Below, piece by piece: positions 28,225 through 37,186 of a DNA stretch of 64,000 bases; position 1 is the stretch's first letter; the number at the start of each line of letters is the position of its first letter. The translations under genes were made by a program, and so were the position numbers. Origin of the DNA: an uncultured Acidobacteriota bacterium (GTDB lineage: Bacteria; Acidobacteriota; Thermoanaerobaculia; UBA5066; Gp7-AA6); NCBI GenBank assembly GCA_963837495.1, contig CAWINF010000001.1, positions 841,843-905,842 on the forward strand, given 5' to 3'. A model generated the notes under the pieces. It saw nothing but the letters and a program-made list of their open reading frames with translations. It did no database searches and had not been told where the DNA came from.

Positions 28225-28445
28225 TCAAGGAGTTGGATTTGGTCGTGCTTAAACGAGATCTTCCCGAGAGCCAGCTCAAGGCTGGCGACGTGGGCACGGT
28301 TGTGCTTGAGCACACCGGCGGTCGGGGACTGGAAGTGGAGTTCATGACCCTCACCGGCGAGACCGTGGCCGTCGTCACCGTTCCCACGGACGCCGTGCGC
28401 GCAGTCGCCGAGGGCGAGATCGCCCACGTGCGCCGGGTGGCCTAG
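28221..28445 (+). CDS. Small protein, DUF4926-like; ATGA overlap with upstream gene
   Basis: MIKELDLVVLKRDLPESQLKAGDVGTVVLEH...VEFMTLTGETVAVVTVP. Confidence 0.4.
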   Translation: MIKELDLVVLKRDLPESQLKAGDVGTVVLEHTGGRGLEVEFMTLTGETVAVVTVPTDAVRAVAEGEIAHVRRVA

Positions 28446-28539
28446 AGAAAGCCCGGCCTAACGCAGAAACGTCCTCTCCTTCCAACGAAAGCAGCCGCCC
28501 GCAAGTCTCCCGAGTGTTTTCGCTCCCTGTCTTGGCCTC

Positions 28540-28600
28540 ATCCCGCCTTCTCGGAAGATCTCGCAGCGTTCGGCGAAGAAGTGGCGGTCGGCACGCCCAG
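28540..28600 (-). repeat. Third copy of the HNH-gene 3-prime end segment
   Basis: CCGCCTTCTCGGAAGATCTCGCAGCGTTCGGCGAAGAAGTGGCGGTCGG. Confidence 0.45.
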
Positions 28601-28755
28601 GATGTGGCCGTTCTGAACCCGTTCCTTTGTCAAGGTGCCAACGGCCATGTCTTGTGAGAGAATCAAGACACTTCCCGCAACGAGAGAGACCTGATCGGTT
28701 GGCGGCATTCCGTCCTCCGGGGCCTTGATCCGTTTGCTGGATCTTCGGAATCCGG

Positions 28756-31700
28756 ATGGACGCCAAGGTTTTCTGGAACACGCGTGACTGGGCCGACGCG
28801 GTGGCTGCGATGCCCGTCCGCGGGCCCTTGCCGTGCCGCATGGTGCTGGTCTCGCGGGAGCGGGTGGCCCACGTCCTCCGGCGCGAGCTCATCCAAATTG
28901 GCCGGACCGACGCGCTTGCCGGGACGCGCTTCGTGGCGACGCCGTTTGCTGCAGCGGAAGTTCTGCGCGGAGCCGAGACGGCTTTTCAGCCCGGGGAAGA
29001 AACTCTGCGAGCAGCACGGCTTCTGGCTTTGTTCCGGTCCGAACTGAGACTCGTTCACTTCACTCTCGATCTGCTGCGCTCGAAGCCGGGATGGGACGAG
29101 GCCTTCGCCTCAACCATCTCCGATCTCGAGGGAGCCGACCTCCGTCCCTCAGATCTCTCGATGGAATCGGAACGCCTTCGGGACGTCGCCGCGATCTGGA
29201 GCGCGCTCGAGGAGTCCGCCGGCAACTCCTGGACGATCCAGCGGATCTATCTCGAAGCGGCGGCGCAATTGGAGAGAGATCCCGCGGCCTGGCCATTCCA
29301 GGGAGCAACTCTCGCTTCCGCCAGCATTGGCCTGACAGTCGCCGAAGCACGGTTCCTGCGCTCCATCCCGCGGCTGACCGTCGGGCTTCTGGCGGCGAGA
29401 CCGCCGCGCGAGCGCCATCTCGACCGCGTGGAGGCGCTGCTCGGAAAAGAGGCCGGCGACGCGCTGCGATCCGCATCCGTGCCCCGCGCACAGGCGACCG
29501 AGCGAGACTTGCTCGCCTCTTACCTCTTCGAGCCGCCGGTTGTCCTGGCCGATCCAGCGCGTCCGCGAAGCAAGGGACCCGATGGCACGGTCGAGCTCGA
29601 GGAGCATTCGGGCATCGAAGCGGAGCTCGAGGCGACGGCAGACTGGGTCGCTCGACAAGTCGGCGCCGGCATCCCGCTCGAGGAGATCGCCGTCCTGCTC
29701 CCGACTCTCGATTCGGTCGCGGGTCTCGTCGTAGAGCGCATAGCAAGGCTGCCTTTCAGCGAAGGCGGACTGCCGGTGCACGCCGCGGGAGGCTCGCCTC
29801 TGAAAGGAACTTCCGCCGGCGCGCGAGCGCTGGCTGTCGTGCGCGCGCTGCGGACCCACCTGACACCTGAATCGCTGTCGGAAGTTCTACCCGTCCTGCG
29901 CTCGCTTGCGCCCGACGGTCGCCACCTCTCTCACGGCGGCGCGATGGATCTGGCCTGGTCGCTTGGCACGGTCGGCGGAAACCCCGCGCGGCCCGAGGGC
30001 GCCCTGGAGTGGGCGGTTCGCGCCGTCGAGAAGCAGGCGGAGCTCACCAGACAGCTCGCCCTCGCCAAACCTGATGAGGAAGATGGAGACGGCGCAAGCT
30101 TCGGCCGCAGGACCTGGGACAACGAGCGCCTGCTGGAGAACCTCGTCGGGATCGCTCCCGCGCTGGACGCCCTGGCCGGCCTCGCGCGACAAACGATCGA
30201 CGGCAAGACTCTCGCAGAACTCTGGCCCTCGTTTCGTCTCTTTCTGCAGGAGTGGCTGCTCCAGCCGCCGCAGGGCCGCGGCGTTCACGATCTTCTCGAC
30301 GATCGGCTCGCACGGCTGACTTCGGATTCCGCGTGCGGATCGCTCACGGGAGATGACGCGCTGAGGGTCATCGAAGAAACGATCGACTCCCTTCGCGTTC
30401 CCCTCGGCCGATTCGGCGAGCCCGCTGTCTACGTCGGATCAATTCACCAGGCCGTCGGTTTGAGCTTCCGCTCGGTACGCATCATCGGACTCGCCGAAGG
30501 CCAGTTCCCGTTCGTGCCGCGCGAGGATCCGGTCGTTCCCGATTCTCTGCGCTCAACTTTGAGATCCGCCGGGCCATCCGGCAAGGTCGCGTGGCCGGCA
30601 ACCGCCGCGGACCGCGCTCTCGACGGCCTCCATGCTCTCGATATCGTGATTCGTAGCGCGCGGGAGCATGTCGCCCTCTCCGCCCCGCGAACCGACCTGG
30701 AACGCTCCCAGCGCGAGCCCTCGTCCGTGTTCCTGGAGGTTGCCGCCGCGCTTGGCCGTCCCAACAGGGCCACCGGAGAGGCCGGCCGCACGATCCCCAA
30801 CAGCATCGCTCTCGAGCGGGACGGCTTCGAACCGGCGCGCGCAGCCGCCTCCGCGTTTCGCCGGGACAAGCCGCTCGGCGAAGCCGCGTGGCAGGACGGC
30901 GTTTCCAGGGGAGAGCTCGGCGTGCCGCCACACTGGCGCGGCATCCTGTCCCTGGACCTTGCGCGCATAGAGAGCCTGAAATCGTCTGGAGACGCCGGCG
31001 CGATGGACGGGATGCTCGGCATCGCCGACCTGGCCATGCTGCTCCCCGGCCTGACCGCCGAGTACCCGACCTCCCTTTCCGTGCTCAAGACGCTTCTGAC
31101 CTGTCCGCACCAGTTCCTCCTCGCGAATCTCCTCAAGTTCGACGAGCCGAGCGGCGCCCCGCCTCAGCGGGAAATCGGTCAGCCCTATTACGGCAACCTC
31201 TTTCATGCCGTGGCGGCGCGCTTTTCCACACAGCACGGCCTTTCTTTTTGCGCGCGCGAGGGCGCGATTGCCGATTGGCTCGCTCGCGCGGACGCTGTTT
31301 CGGATTCGGCATTCGATGAATTCCTGAAGGAGTACCCCCTCGTCGGGAATGCCGTCCGCGCGCAGCAAAGGGATCGCCTGCGCCGCGATCTGCGGGAGCT
31401 GCTCGAATACGAGTGGAAGAAGCCGAAGCCGCCCCGCCTCGTTGCCTCCGAACGCGGATTTGGCCGGCCCACCCCGGTCGAGCTGAAGATCAACGGCCAC
31501 TCGTTGTTTCTGCGGGGTCGGATCGATCGGATCGATGTCGAGGGCGGGACGACGATCGTCACGGACTTCAAGACTGGGAAGCCCTCTCCCCGCATCGGCG
31601 ACGATGAGAACCCGGATGCCTTGCTCGATCTGCAAATCGCGGCCTACGCGCTCGTAACCCGGTCCCTCGCCGCCGAATGGAAGGTTCCGAAAAGAGTTTC

Positions 31701-31998
31701 AGGCACCTACGTGTATGTCGGGCGCACCGCGGTAACCGAGCGGTCCTTCCGACAGGACTTTGACAAGAACCTGGAGCCGAAGGCGTGGCAATGGCTGGCG
31801 ATCGCCGCCGGGCTCCTCTCGCAAAGGGACTTCCCTCGAACCACCGACCACAAAGACTGCAAGTACTGCCGGTTCAAGCCGGTCTGCGGCGACGACATCC
31901 ACGAGCGCGCCGCGGAGGTCCTCGACGGCGCGGACGGGCCGCTCGGCGACTTCCGGCTGCTGAAGGCGGGTCCCGTTCAAGAAGAAGAGGAAGAGTGA
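28756..31998 (+). CDS. AddB-like subunit: inactivated-helicase N-terminus + PD-(D/E)XK nuclease with C-terminal Cys cluster
   Basis: 1080 aa; C-terminal DFKTGK...CKYCRFKPVCG; gene order nuclease-subunit then helicase-nuclease as in addBA. Confidence 0.65.
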   Translation: MDAKVFWNTRDWADAVAAMPVRGPLPCRMVLVSRERVAHVLRRELIQIGRTDALAGTRFVATPFAAAEVLRGAETAFQPGEETLRAARLLALFRSELRLVHFTLDLLRSKPGWDEAFASTISDLEGADLRPSDLSMESERLRDVAAIWSALEESAGNSWTIQRIYLEAAAQLERDPAAWPFQGATLASASIGLTVAEARFLRSIPRLTVGLLAARPPRERHLDRVEALLGKEAGDALRSASVPRAQATERDLLASYLFEPPVVLADPARPRSKGPDGTVELEEHSGIEAELEATADWVARQVGAGIPLEEIAVLLPTLDSVAGLVVERIARLPFSEGGLPVHAAGGSPLKGTSAGARALAVVRALRTHLTPESLSEVLPVLRSLAPDGRHLSHGGAMDLAWSLGTVGGNPARPEGALEWAVRAVEKQAELTRQLALAKPDEEDGDGASFGRRTWDNERLLENLVGIAPALDALAGLARQTIDGKTLAELWPSFRLFLQEWLLQPPQGRGVHDLLDDRLARLTSDSACGSLTGDDALRVIEETIDSLRVPLGRFGEPAVYVGSIHQAVGLSFRSVRIIGLAEGQFPFVPREDPVVPDSLRSTLRSAGPSGKVAWPATAADRALDGLHALDIVIRSAREHVALSAPRTDLERSQREPSSVFLEVAAALGRPNRATGEAGRTIPNSIALERDGFEPARAAASAFRRDKPLGEAAWQDGVSRGELGVPPHWRGILSLDLARIESLKSSGDAGAMDGMLGIADLAMLLPGLTAEYPTSLSVLKTLLTCPHQFLLANLLKFDEPSGAPPQREIGQPYYGNLFHAVAARFSTQHGLSFCAREGAIADWLARADAVSDSAFDEFLKEYPLVGNAVRAQQRDRLRRDLRELLEYEWKKPKPPRLVASERGFGRPTPVELKINGHSLFLRGRIDRIDVEGGTTIVTDFKTGKPSPRIGDDENPDALLDLQIAAYALVTRSLAAEWKVPKRVSGTYVYVGRTAVTERSFRQDFDKNLEPKAWQWLAIAAGLLSQRDFPRTTDHKDCKYCRFKPVCGDDIHERAAEVLDGADGPLGDFRLLKAGPVQEEEEE

Positions 31999-34900
31999 CC
32001 GTGGCGGCGAAGACGAAAAAGGCGCCGCCGGACCAGGCTCAACGCGATGCGGCCATCAAGGAGCGCGACCGCAACGTGATCGTGAATGCCGGCGCGGGCA
32101 CCGGGAAGACTTCCATCCTCGTGAGCCGCTTCGTCGAGATGGTCGCCCCGGCGAAATCTGCCGCGCCCGCGGTTGCAATCCCCCGCATCGCAGCCATCAC
32201 GTTCACGCGGAAGGCCGCCGGAGAACTGCGCTTTCGCATCCGGGAACGTCTGCTGGCCGAGCTGGCAAGTGTCAAGCCAGATTCTCCCCGCGAAGGCCAG
32301 CTCCGCGAAGCCCTGGCTGGTTTCGACACGGCCTACGTAGGAACGATTCACAGCTTCGCCGATCGCCTTTTGCGTCTTCAGCCTGTCAAAGCGTCGCTCA
32401 GCCCCTCGTACGAAATCGCCGAGGACGATGAGGCGCTGGTCCACGAAACGTTCCAGGTGCTTCTGCAGGCCGTCGAGAGCGAAACTCTCGCCGCCGAGCT
32501 CGAGGGCGACGGCGCGGCAGCGCGGGCCGATGAGGCCACGCGAACCATCCTGGACGCCATTGCCGCCGGTTTGCAGGCGGAGACCCGTGAGACAGAGTTT
32601 TGGGTGTATTCCGGGCTGGACGCCCTCGTAAAAGGCTTTCTCCGGCAGCGCGATGTGCCGCCGCCGTTCGACGCTCCTCCCGCCTCGATTGATTTCGGAG
32701 CCTTCCGCAAAGCCGCGGACGAATTCATACGCGAAGCCGCTCCGGTTATCGGCGGATCCATCAGCGCGGCATGGATCAAACAAACGGCGGAGATCCTCGC
32801 CGGCGTCCGAAACCTGGAAGACCCGATCGCCCTGTATCGCAGCCTCGGCCTGCAACTGCGCCGCAGGTCGCCCAAGAGTGACGCCCAGAAAGGCAGAGAC
32901 TTCGGCGGCGATGCCGCGGCCTGGCGGGTGTGGAAGCTGTACAGCAAGGCTGACGGGAAGCTTCGCCCGACCCCGCTCCGCAATGACCTGCGGGCGCCGC
33001 TCGAGCGCTGGATGGCCAGCCGCCTCGTCCGTCTCTTTCCAGTCGTGAAGGCTCTCTACGAAAAGGTTAAAGCGCGCCACAGGCAACTCGACCAGCTCGA
33101 CCTGCTTTTCAAGTTGCGTACCCTCCTCAAAGACAACCGCGAAGTGCGGGCCGAGTTCCAGGGAATGTTCGATCACATCTTCGTGGACGAATTCCAGGAT
33201 ACGGATCCGCTCCAGGCGGAGATCGTGCTCTTCCTCTGCGAGCGGGGACCCGTCGCGGCGCGTTGGGAGGACGTCCGTCTCGCCGGCGGGAAGCTGACGG
33301 TGGTCGGCGACGCCAAACAGTCCATCTACCGGTTCCGCCGGGCGGACGTGGCGATGTACGACCGCGTCCTGCGCGTCATCGCGAAGACGCCGCTCCTCGA
33401 GGTCAGGCTCTCCGCGAACTTCCGGAGCGTTCCTCCTCTCATCGACTGGTTCAACGACCGGTTTGCTCGCATCCTCAGAGAATCGCAAGACGCCTTCGAC
33501 CCCGTGACCGGGCGGGTCTTCCACCAGCCGCTCGCGAGGGGTCGCGACGTCCCCGGCCCGCCATCCGTCCATGTCCTGAATCTCGCCTTTTCGGACGGCG
33601 AGAAGCACAACGCTGATGACTACCGCTCACTCGAAGGCCGGGCGCTGGCCCGGTACCTGCGCTGGTTGACCGAAACGGATGACGTCCGGATCCTCGACCC
33701 GTTCGACGAGCGCCTCCGGAAGGTTCGATACGGCGACATCGCGGTTCTGGCGGCCTCGACGTGGAGCCTTCCTCATCTGTTCCAACCGCTGGACGAGGAG
33801 GGCATCCCCTACGCATCGCGCGGCGGCGTCCTGTTCCTCAAAGACCCGCTCCACCGGCAGTTCCTGCTCGGTCTCCGAGCCATCGCCGACCGCGATGACG
33901 GCGTCGCCATGGCGGCTTTGCTCCGGCCCCCTTTCTTCGCCGTAGATCCCGCGGACCTCCTCCGCGAGCAAGTCGCGACCCGCGCCGGAGAAGCGCCCGC
34001 CGGAGACTCCGCCCTCCGCGCCCGGGAAGCTCGAGACCTGGTTGTTGACCTGCGCCGGCGCAGATCCGGCCGCCCTCCCGGCGCGACCGCGCGGGACCTG
34101 CTGGAGCGCACGGCGTTCGCGCGCAACGTGGCTTCCGGGCCGAACGGCACGCAGCGCCTCGCGCGGCTGCGGGAGCTTTGCCTGCTCCTGGAGCAGCTCG
34201 CCGCCGATGAAGGGCTCGACTACGACGCCGCGACGTCCCTCATGCGGGAGTGGGTGGATGATCCTGTCCAGCTCGACCCGCCACATCCCGTCGGAGCCGA
34301 AGCGGTTCAAATCCTGACCGTCCATCAGGCCAAAGGCCTCGAGTTTCCCGTCGTCGTCATCTGGGACGGGCAGGGCAAATGGGCCCCGCCCGCCGGGAAC
34401 GCCCCCTGGCGCATGGAGCGTGATGGCCGAGGCTGGATGATGGATCTCGCCGGCCTGACGTGGGAGGAGCCCGCCGGTCTCGGCATCCGCAAGACGGAGC
34501 TCGACTACCAGAGACAGGAGCGTGAGCGCGTGGCCTACGTCGCCGCCACCCGCGCCCGCGACCTGCTGGTCATTCCGAAAGCCGGCGACCTCAAGCCAGG
34601 GACTTACGTGTGCAGCGATCTTCTCGCTGAAGCGCCCTCCCATCTTGTCAACGAGCTCGAGCCCTACACTGACGGCCACGAGCCCGCCTGGGCCACGCAG
34701 AAACCCGCAACCACGCAGCTCCCCAAAGATGGAGGAACTGTCGAACAGGCAACCGACGCCTGGTGGACAGCCGCCTCTGCGGAATCCGCCCGCCCCCGCT
34801 TCCGCCCCGCGAGTGTCTCCGGCGAGACTCAATCCACCCCCGTGGACGACACCGAGGAAGTGGTGGATCCCGCCCTCGCGAAACCACGGGAAGGCCGCTT

Positions 34901-35372
34901 GGGCCCTCTGTTCGGCACGGCAGTTCACCACGCAATCGGCCTCATCCTTCGTGACAGCACCCTGACACCCGAGGAAGCCGCCCGCCGGGCCGCCAGGCGA
35001 TTCGGCCTCGAGGACCACCTCCCCGAGTGCATCGCCGACGTCACCCGAGCCCTCGACTCCCTCCGAACAGAGGGCCTCGCCCGCCCCCTCGGCCCCGACC
35101 TCCAGGTCGAATACTCTGTCGCCGCGGAATGGGAAGGCGGCCAACTCCTGGGCGGCTACATCGACCTCGTCAGCGCGACCGACGGCCGCCTCGACGTACT
35201 CGACTTCAAGACCGACGCCCCACCGCAAGGGCCGGTGGAGCAGACCTACCCGGAGTACGCGGTCCAGGTGCAAACCTACGGCCGCCTTCTGGAGACAACC
35301 GCCGCGCTCGGAGCCCATGAACTCCGCTGCGGCCTTCTCTTCACGGCCGACGGAGGAATCCGATGGGTCTAA
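31995..35372 (+). CDS. AddA-like UvrD/Rep-family helicase with C-terminal nuclease domain; GTG start overlaps upstream stop (GTGA)
   Basis: NAGAGTGKTSILVSRF (Walker A), ITFTRKAAGELRFRI, VDEFQDTDPLQ, TVVGDAKQSIYRFRRAD, TVHQAKGLEFPVVV, C-terminal DFKTD. Confidence 0.75.
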   Translation: MTVAAKTKKAPPDQAQRDAAIKERDRNVIVNAGAGTGKTSILVSRFVEMVAPAKSAAPAVAIPRIAAITFTRKAAGELRFRIRERLLAELASVKPDSPREGQLREALAGFDTAYVGTIHSFADRLLRLQPVKASLSPSYEIAEDDEALVHETFQVLLQAVESETLAAELEGDGAAARADEATRTILDAIAAGLQAETRETEFWVYSGLDALVKGFLRQRDVPPPFDAPPASIDFGAFRKAADEFIREAAPVIGGSISAAWIKQTAEILAGVRNLEDPIALYRSLGLQLRRRSPKSDAQKGRDFGGDAAAWRVWKLYSKADGKLRPTPLRNDLRAPLERWMASRLVRLFPVVKALYEKVKARHRQLDQLDLLFKLRTLLKDNREVRAEFQGMFDHIFVDEFQDTDPLQAEIVLFLCERGPVAARWEDVRLAGGKLTVVGDAKQSIYRFRRADVAMYDRVLRVIAKTPLLEVRLSANFRSVPPLIDWFNDRFARILRESQDAFDPVTGRVFHQPLARGRDVPGPPSVHVLNLAFSDGEKHNADDYRSLEGRALARYLRWLTETDDVRILDPFDERLRKVRYGDIAVLAASTWSLPHLFQPLDEEGIPYASRGGVLFLKDPLHRQFLLGLRAIADRDDGVAMAALLRPPFFAVDPADLLREQVATRAGEAPAGDSALRAREARDLVVDLRRRRSGRPPGATARDLLERTAFARNVASGPNGTQRLARLRELCLLLEQLAADEGLDYDAATSLMREWVDDPVQLDPPHPVGAEAVQILTVHQAKGLEFPVVVIWDGQGKWAPPAGNAPWRMERDGRGWMMDLAGLTWEEPAGLGIRKTELDYQRQERERVAYVAATRARDLLVIPKAGDLKPGTYVCSDLLAEAPSHLVNELEPYTDGHEPAWATQKPATTQLPKDGGTVEQATDAWWTAASAESARPRFRPASVSGETQSTPVDDTEEVVDPALAKPREGRLGPLFGTAVHHAIGLILRDSTLTPEEAARRAARRFGLEDHLPECIADVTRALDSLRTEGLARPLGPDLQVEYSVAAEWEGGQLLGGYIDLVSATDGRLDVLDFKTDAPPQGPVEQTYPEYAVQVQTYGRLLETTAALGAHELRCGLLFTADGGIRWV

Positions 35373-35399
35373 TGGTGAGCTTCCTGTAAAGTCGGGCCC

Positions 35400-36464
35400 G
35401 TGACGGCCGATCTGAATCCTGTGGACGAGCTTCAGTCCAGATTCGGAATCACATGGGAACAAATCAACGCCGCGCGGAAACGCTCTTCGACTGTTCGGGC
35501 CGAACTAACTAAGACTCTGCGGGCGGAGGACTCGGAGGCGGCTTGCATCGTTGGGTACGGGTCTCTCGCCAGGCAAGAGTGGACATCCGGAAGCGATGTC
35601 GATTGGACATTATTGGTGGACGGCCAGGCAGATCCCCAGCACGCACAGACGGTGAACCGAGTTGAGGGCGCCTTGACTGCCGGCAGCCACAAGCATCCGG
35701 GCCGCACTGGCACATTCGCAAGCCTTTCATCCAGCCATGACCTTGTGCACAAGATCGGCGGCGCAGAGGACACGAACCAGAACACGACGCGGCGGATTCT
35801 GCTGCTGCTCGAATCGATTCCTCTCGGTAGATCCGACGCCTACGATCGAGTGAAGCGCAACATCCTTCATCGGTACATCCTGGAAGACCGCGGTCTTCGG
35901 TTCGGAACAACAGATTTCGTTCCCCGCTTTCTGCTGAACGACATCGCTCGATACTGGCGAACGATGGCGGTCGATTTCGCCCAGAAACAGCGTGATCGAG
36001 GGGGACACGGTTCAGGATTGAGGAATGCAAAACTTCGGCTGTCTCGAAAACTCATTTTCGCCTCGGGTCTTCTGAACTGCCTGCGATGCCATGTTGCCCC
36101 CGAGCTTCATACCGTTCGATCGAACCGGCGTTCTCTGGAGTCCGCAGCACTGCTCGTTGTGCACTTTGAGGAGTACCTGAAGATGACGCCCCTCGAGAAC
36201 CTCGCGAAGGCAGTGGTTGACTTTTCTGCCAGTGCGGAAGTTGCCAGGGCGCTTTTTGGAGCGTACGATACTTTTCTCGGCGTTCTCAACAACGATACCA
36301 AGCGGACTCACTTGGATGATCTCGAACCCGAAGCTTTCGAAGGCGACGCTATTTTCGGCGAGGTTCTCGATCTCAGCCACGAATTTCAGAATGGTCTCGA
36401 CGGCTTGTTCTTCGCCACCGATGCAACGTTGACCAGGCTTACCCAGAAATACGGGGTGTTCTGA
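35400..36464 (+). CDS. Nucleotidyltransferase-fold protein (minimal NTase motif GS-x9-DxD) with large helical C-terminal domain, resembling GlnD/GlnE/DUF294-type substrate-binding region; GTG start
   Basis: IVGYGSLARQEWTSGSDVDWTLLV; C-terminal GGHGSGLRNAKLRLSRKLIFASGLL resembles GlnE G-G-G-x-R-[DN]-[IA]-[EK]-[FL]. Confidence 0.55.
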   Translation: MTADLNPVDELQSRFGITWEQINAARKRSSTVRAELTKTLRAEDSEAACIVGYGSLARQEWTSGSDVDWTLLVDGQADPQHAQTVNRVEGALTAGSHKHPGRTGTFASLSSSHDLVHKIGGAEDTNQNTTRRILLLLESIPLGRSDAYDRVKRNILHRYILEDRGLRFGTTDFVPRFLLNDIARYWRTMAVDFAQKQRDRGGHGSGLRNAKLRLSRKLIFASGLLNCLRCHVAPELHTVRSNRRSLESAALLVVHFEEYLKMTPLENLAKAVVDFSASAEVARALFGAYDTFLGVLNNDTKRTHLDDLEPEAFEGDAIFGEVLDLSHEFQNGLDGLFFATDATLTRLTQKYGVF

Positions 36465-37186
36465 TGAGGGTCATCGGCTTTTCGACGGGCGCGGTTGCAA
36501 AAGGCGACTTTCGACGTGCGCTCGGTCTCATCACCGCTGCAAGCGTCGAAGCGGTAGAGCTTTCTGCCCTGCGTCTATCTGAGCTCCAACCGCTCCTTCG
36601 TGCCTTGCCTACCCTGGACCTATCGTCCTTTGGCTATATTTCCGTGCACGCCCCGAGTTCCTTCGCTGAGAGCGACGAAGACGGCGTCGTCAGAGACCTC
36701 GAAGAGTTCACGAGAAGAGACTGGAACGTCATTGTCCACCCGAACGTGATTTATCACCCAGCGGTCTGGCGGAACTTGGGTAGGCGTCTTCTGATTGAGA
36801 ATATGGACCGCCGAAAAGCAGTTGGGCGAACCGCTCCCGAGCTTCGAGGGCTGCTGAACTCGCTTCCGGAGGCCGGGCTCTGCCTCGATCTCGGCCACGC
36901 CCGTCAGGTAGATCCGACGATGACTGAGGCGCTAATGCTGCTCAGGTGGTTTGGGTCTCGGGTTCGCCAGCTTCACGTCAGCGAGGTCAACGAGCGAAGT
37001 CATCATGACCCCATCAGCGCGGGTTCGATAGACGCCTTTCGGTCGATTTCCGATCTCCTGCCCTCGGACGTCCCAATCATCCTTGAGCCCCTCATCGACG
37101 AAGGGCAGAGCGAAATCTCTGTCGAGATAGAGAAGGCGGCAGCGGCCCTCCAGCCCGAAACCTCCCGCGTGGCCTCAGCCGTCTAG
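36464..37186 (+). CDS. Xylose-isomerase-like TIM-barrel protein (sugar-phosphate isomerase/epimerase / AP-endonuclease family 2-like); TGATG overlap with the NTase gene
   Basis: LCLDLGHA and LHVSEVNERSHHDPISAGSIDF resemble the metal-binding motifs of the family. Confidence 0.45.
   Translation: MRVIGFSTGAVAKGDFRRALGLITAASVEAVELSALRLSELQPLLRALPTLDLSSFGYISVHAPSSFAESDEDGVVRDLEEFTRRDWNVIVHPNVIYHPAVWRNLGRRLLIENMDRRKAVGRTAPELRGLLNSLPEAGLCLDLGHARQVDPTMTEALMLLRWFGSRVRQLHVSEVNERSHHDPISAGSIDAFRSISDLLPSDVPIILEPLIDEGQSEISVEIEKAAAALQPETSRVASAV

Noticed and set aside
28756-35372. AddB/AddA-like pair as a dedicated defence module
   Set aside because: Motifs and gene order fit ordinary AddAB recombination-repair enzymes; location inside a mosaic region is suggestive but insufficient. 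Left as housekeeping-like with a note in findings.
31977-35462. 543-aa and 611-aa minus-strand ORFs
   Set aside because: Antisense to the AddA-like helicase gene, which has canonical helicase motifs in the plus frame.
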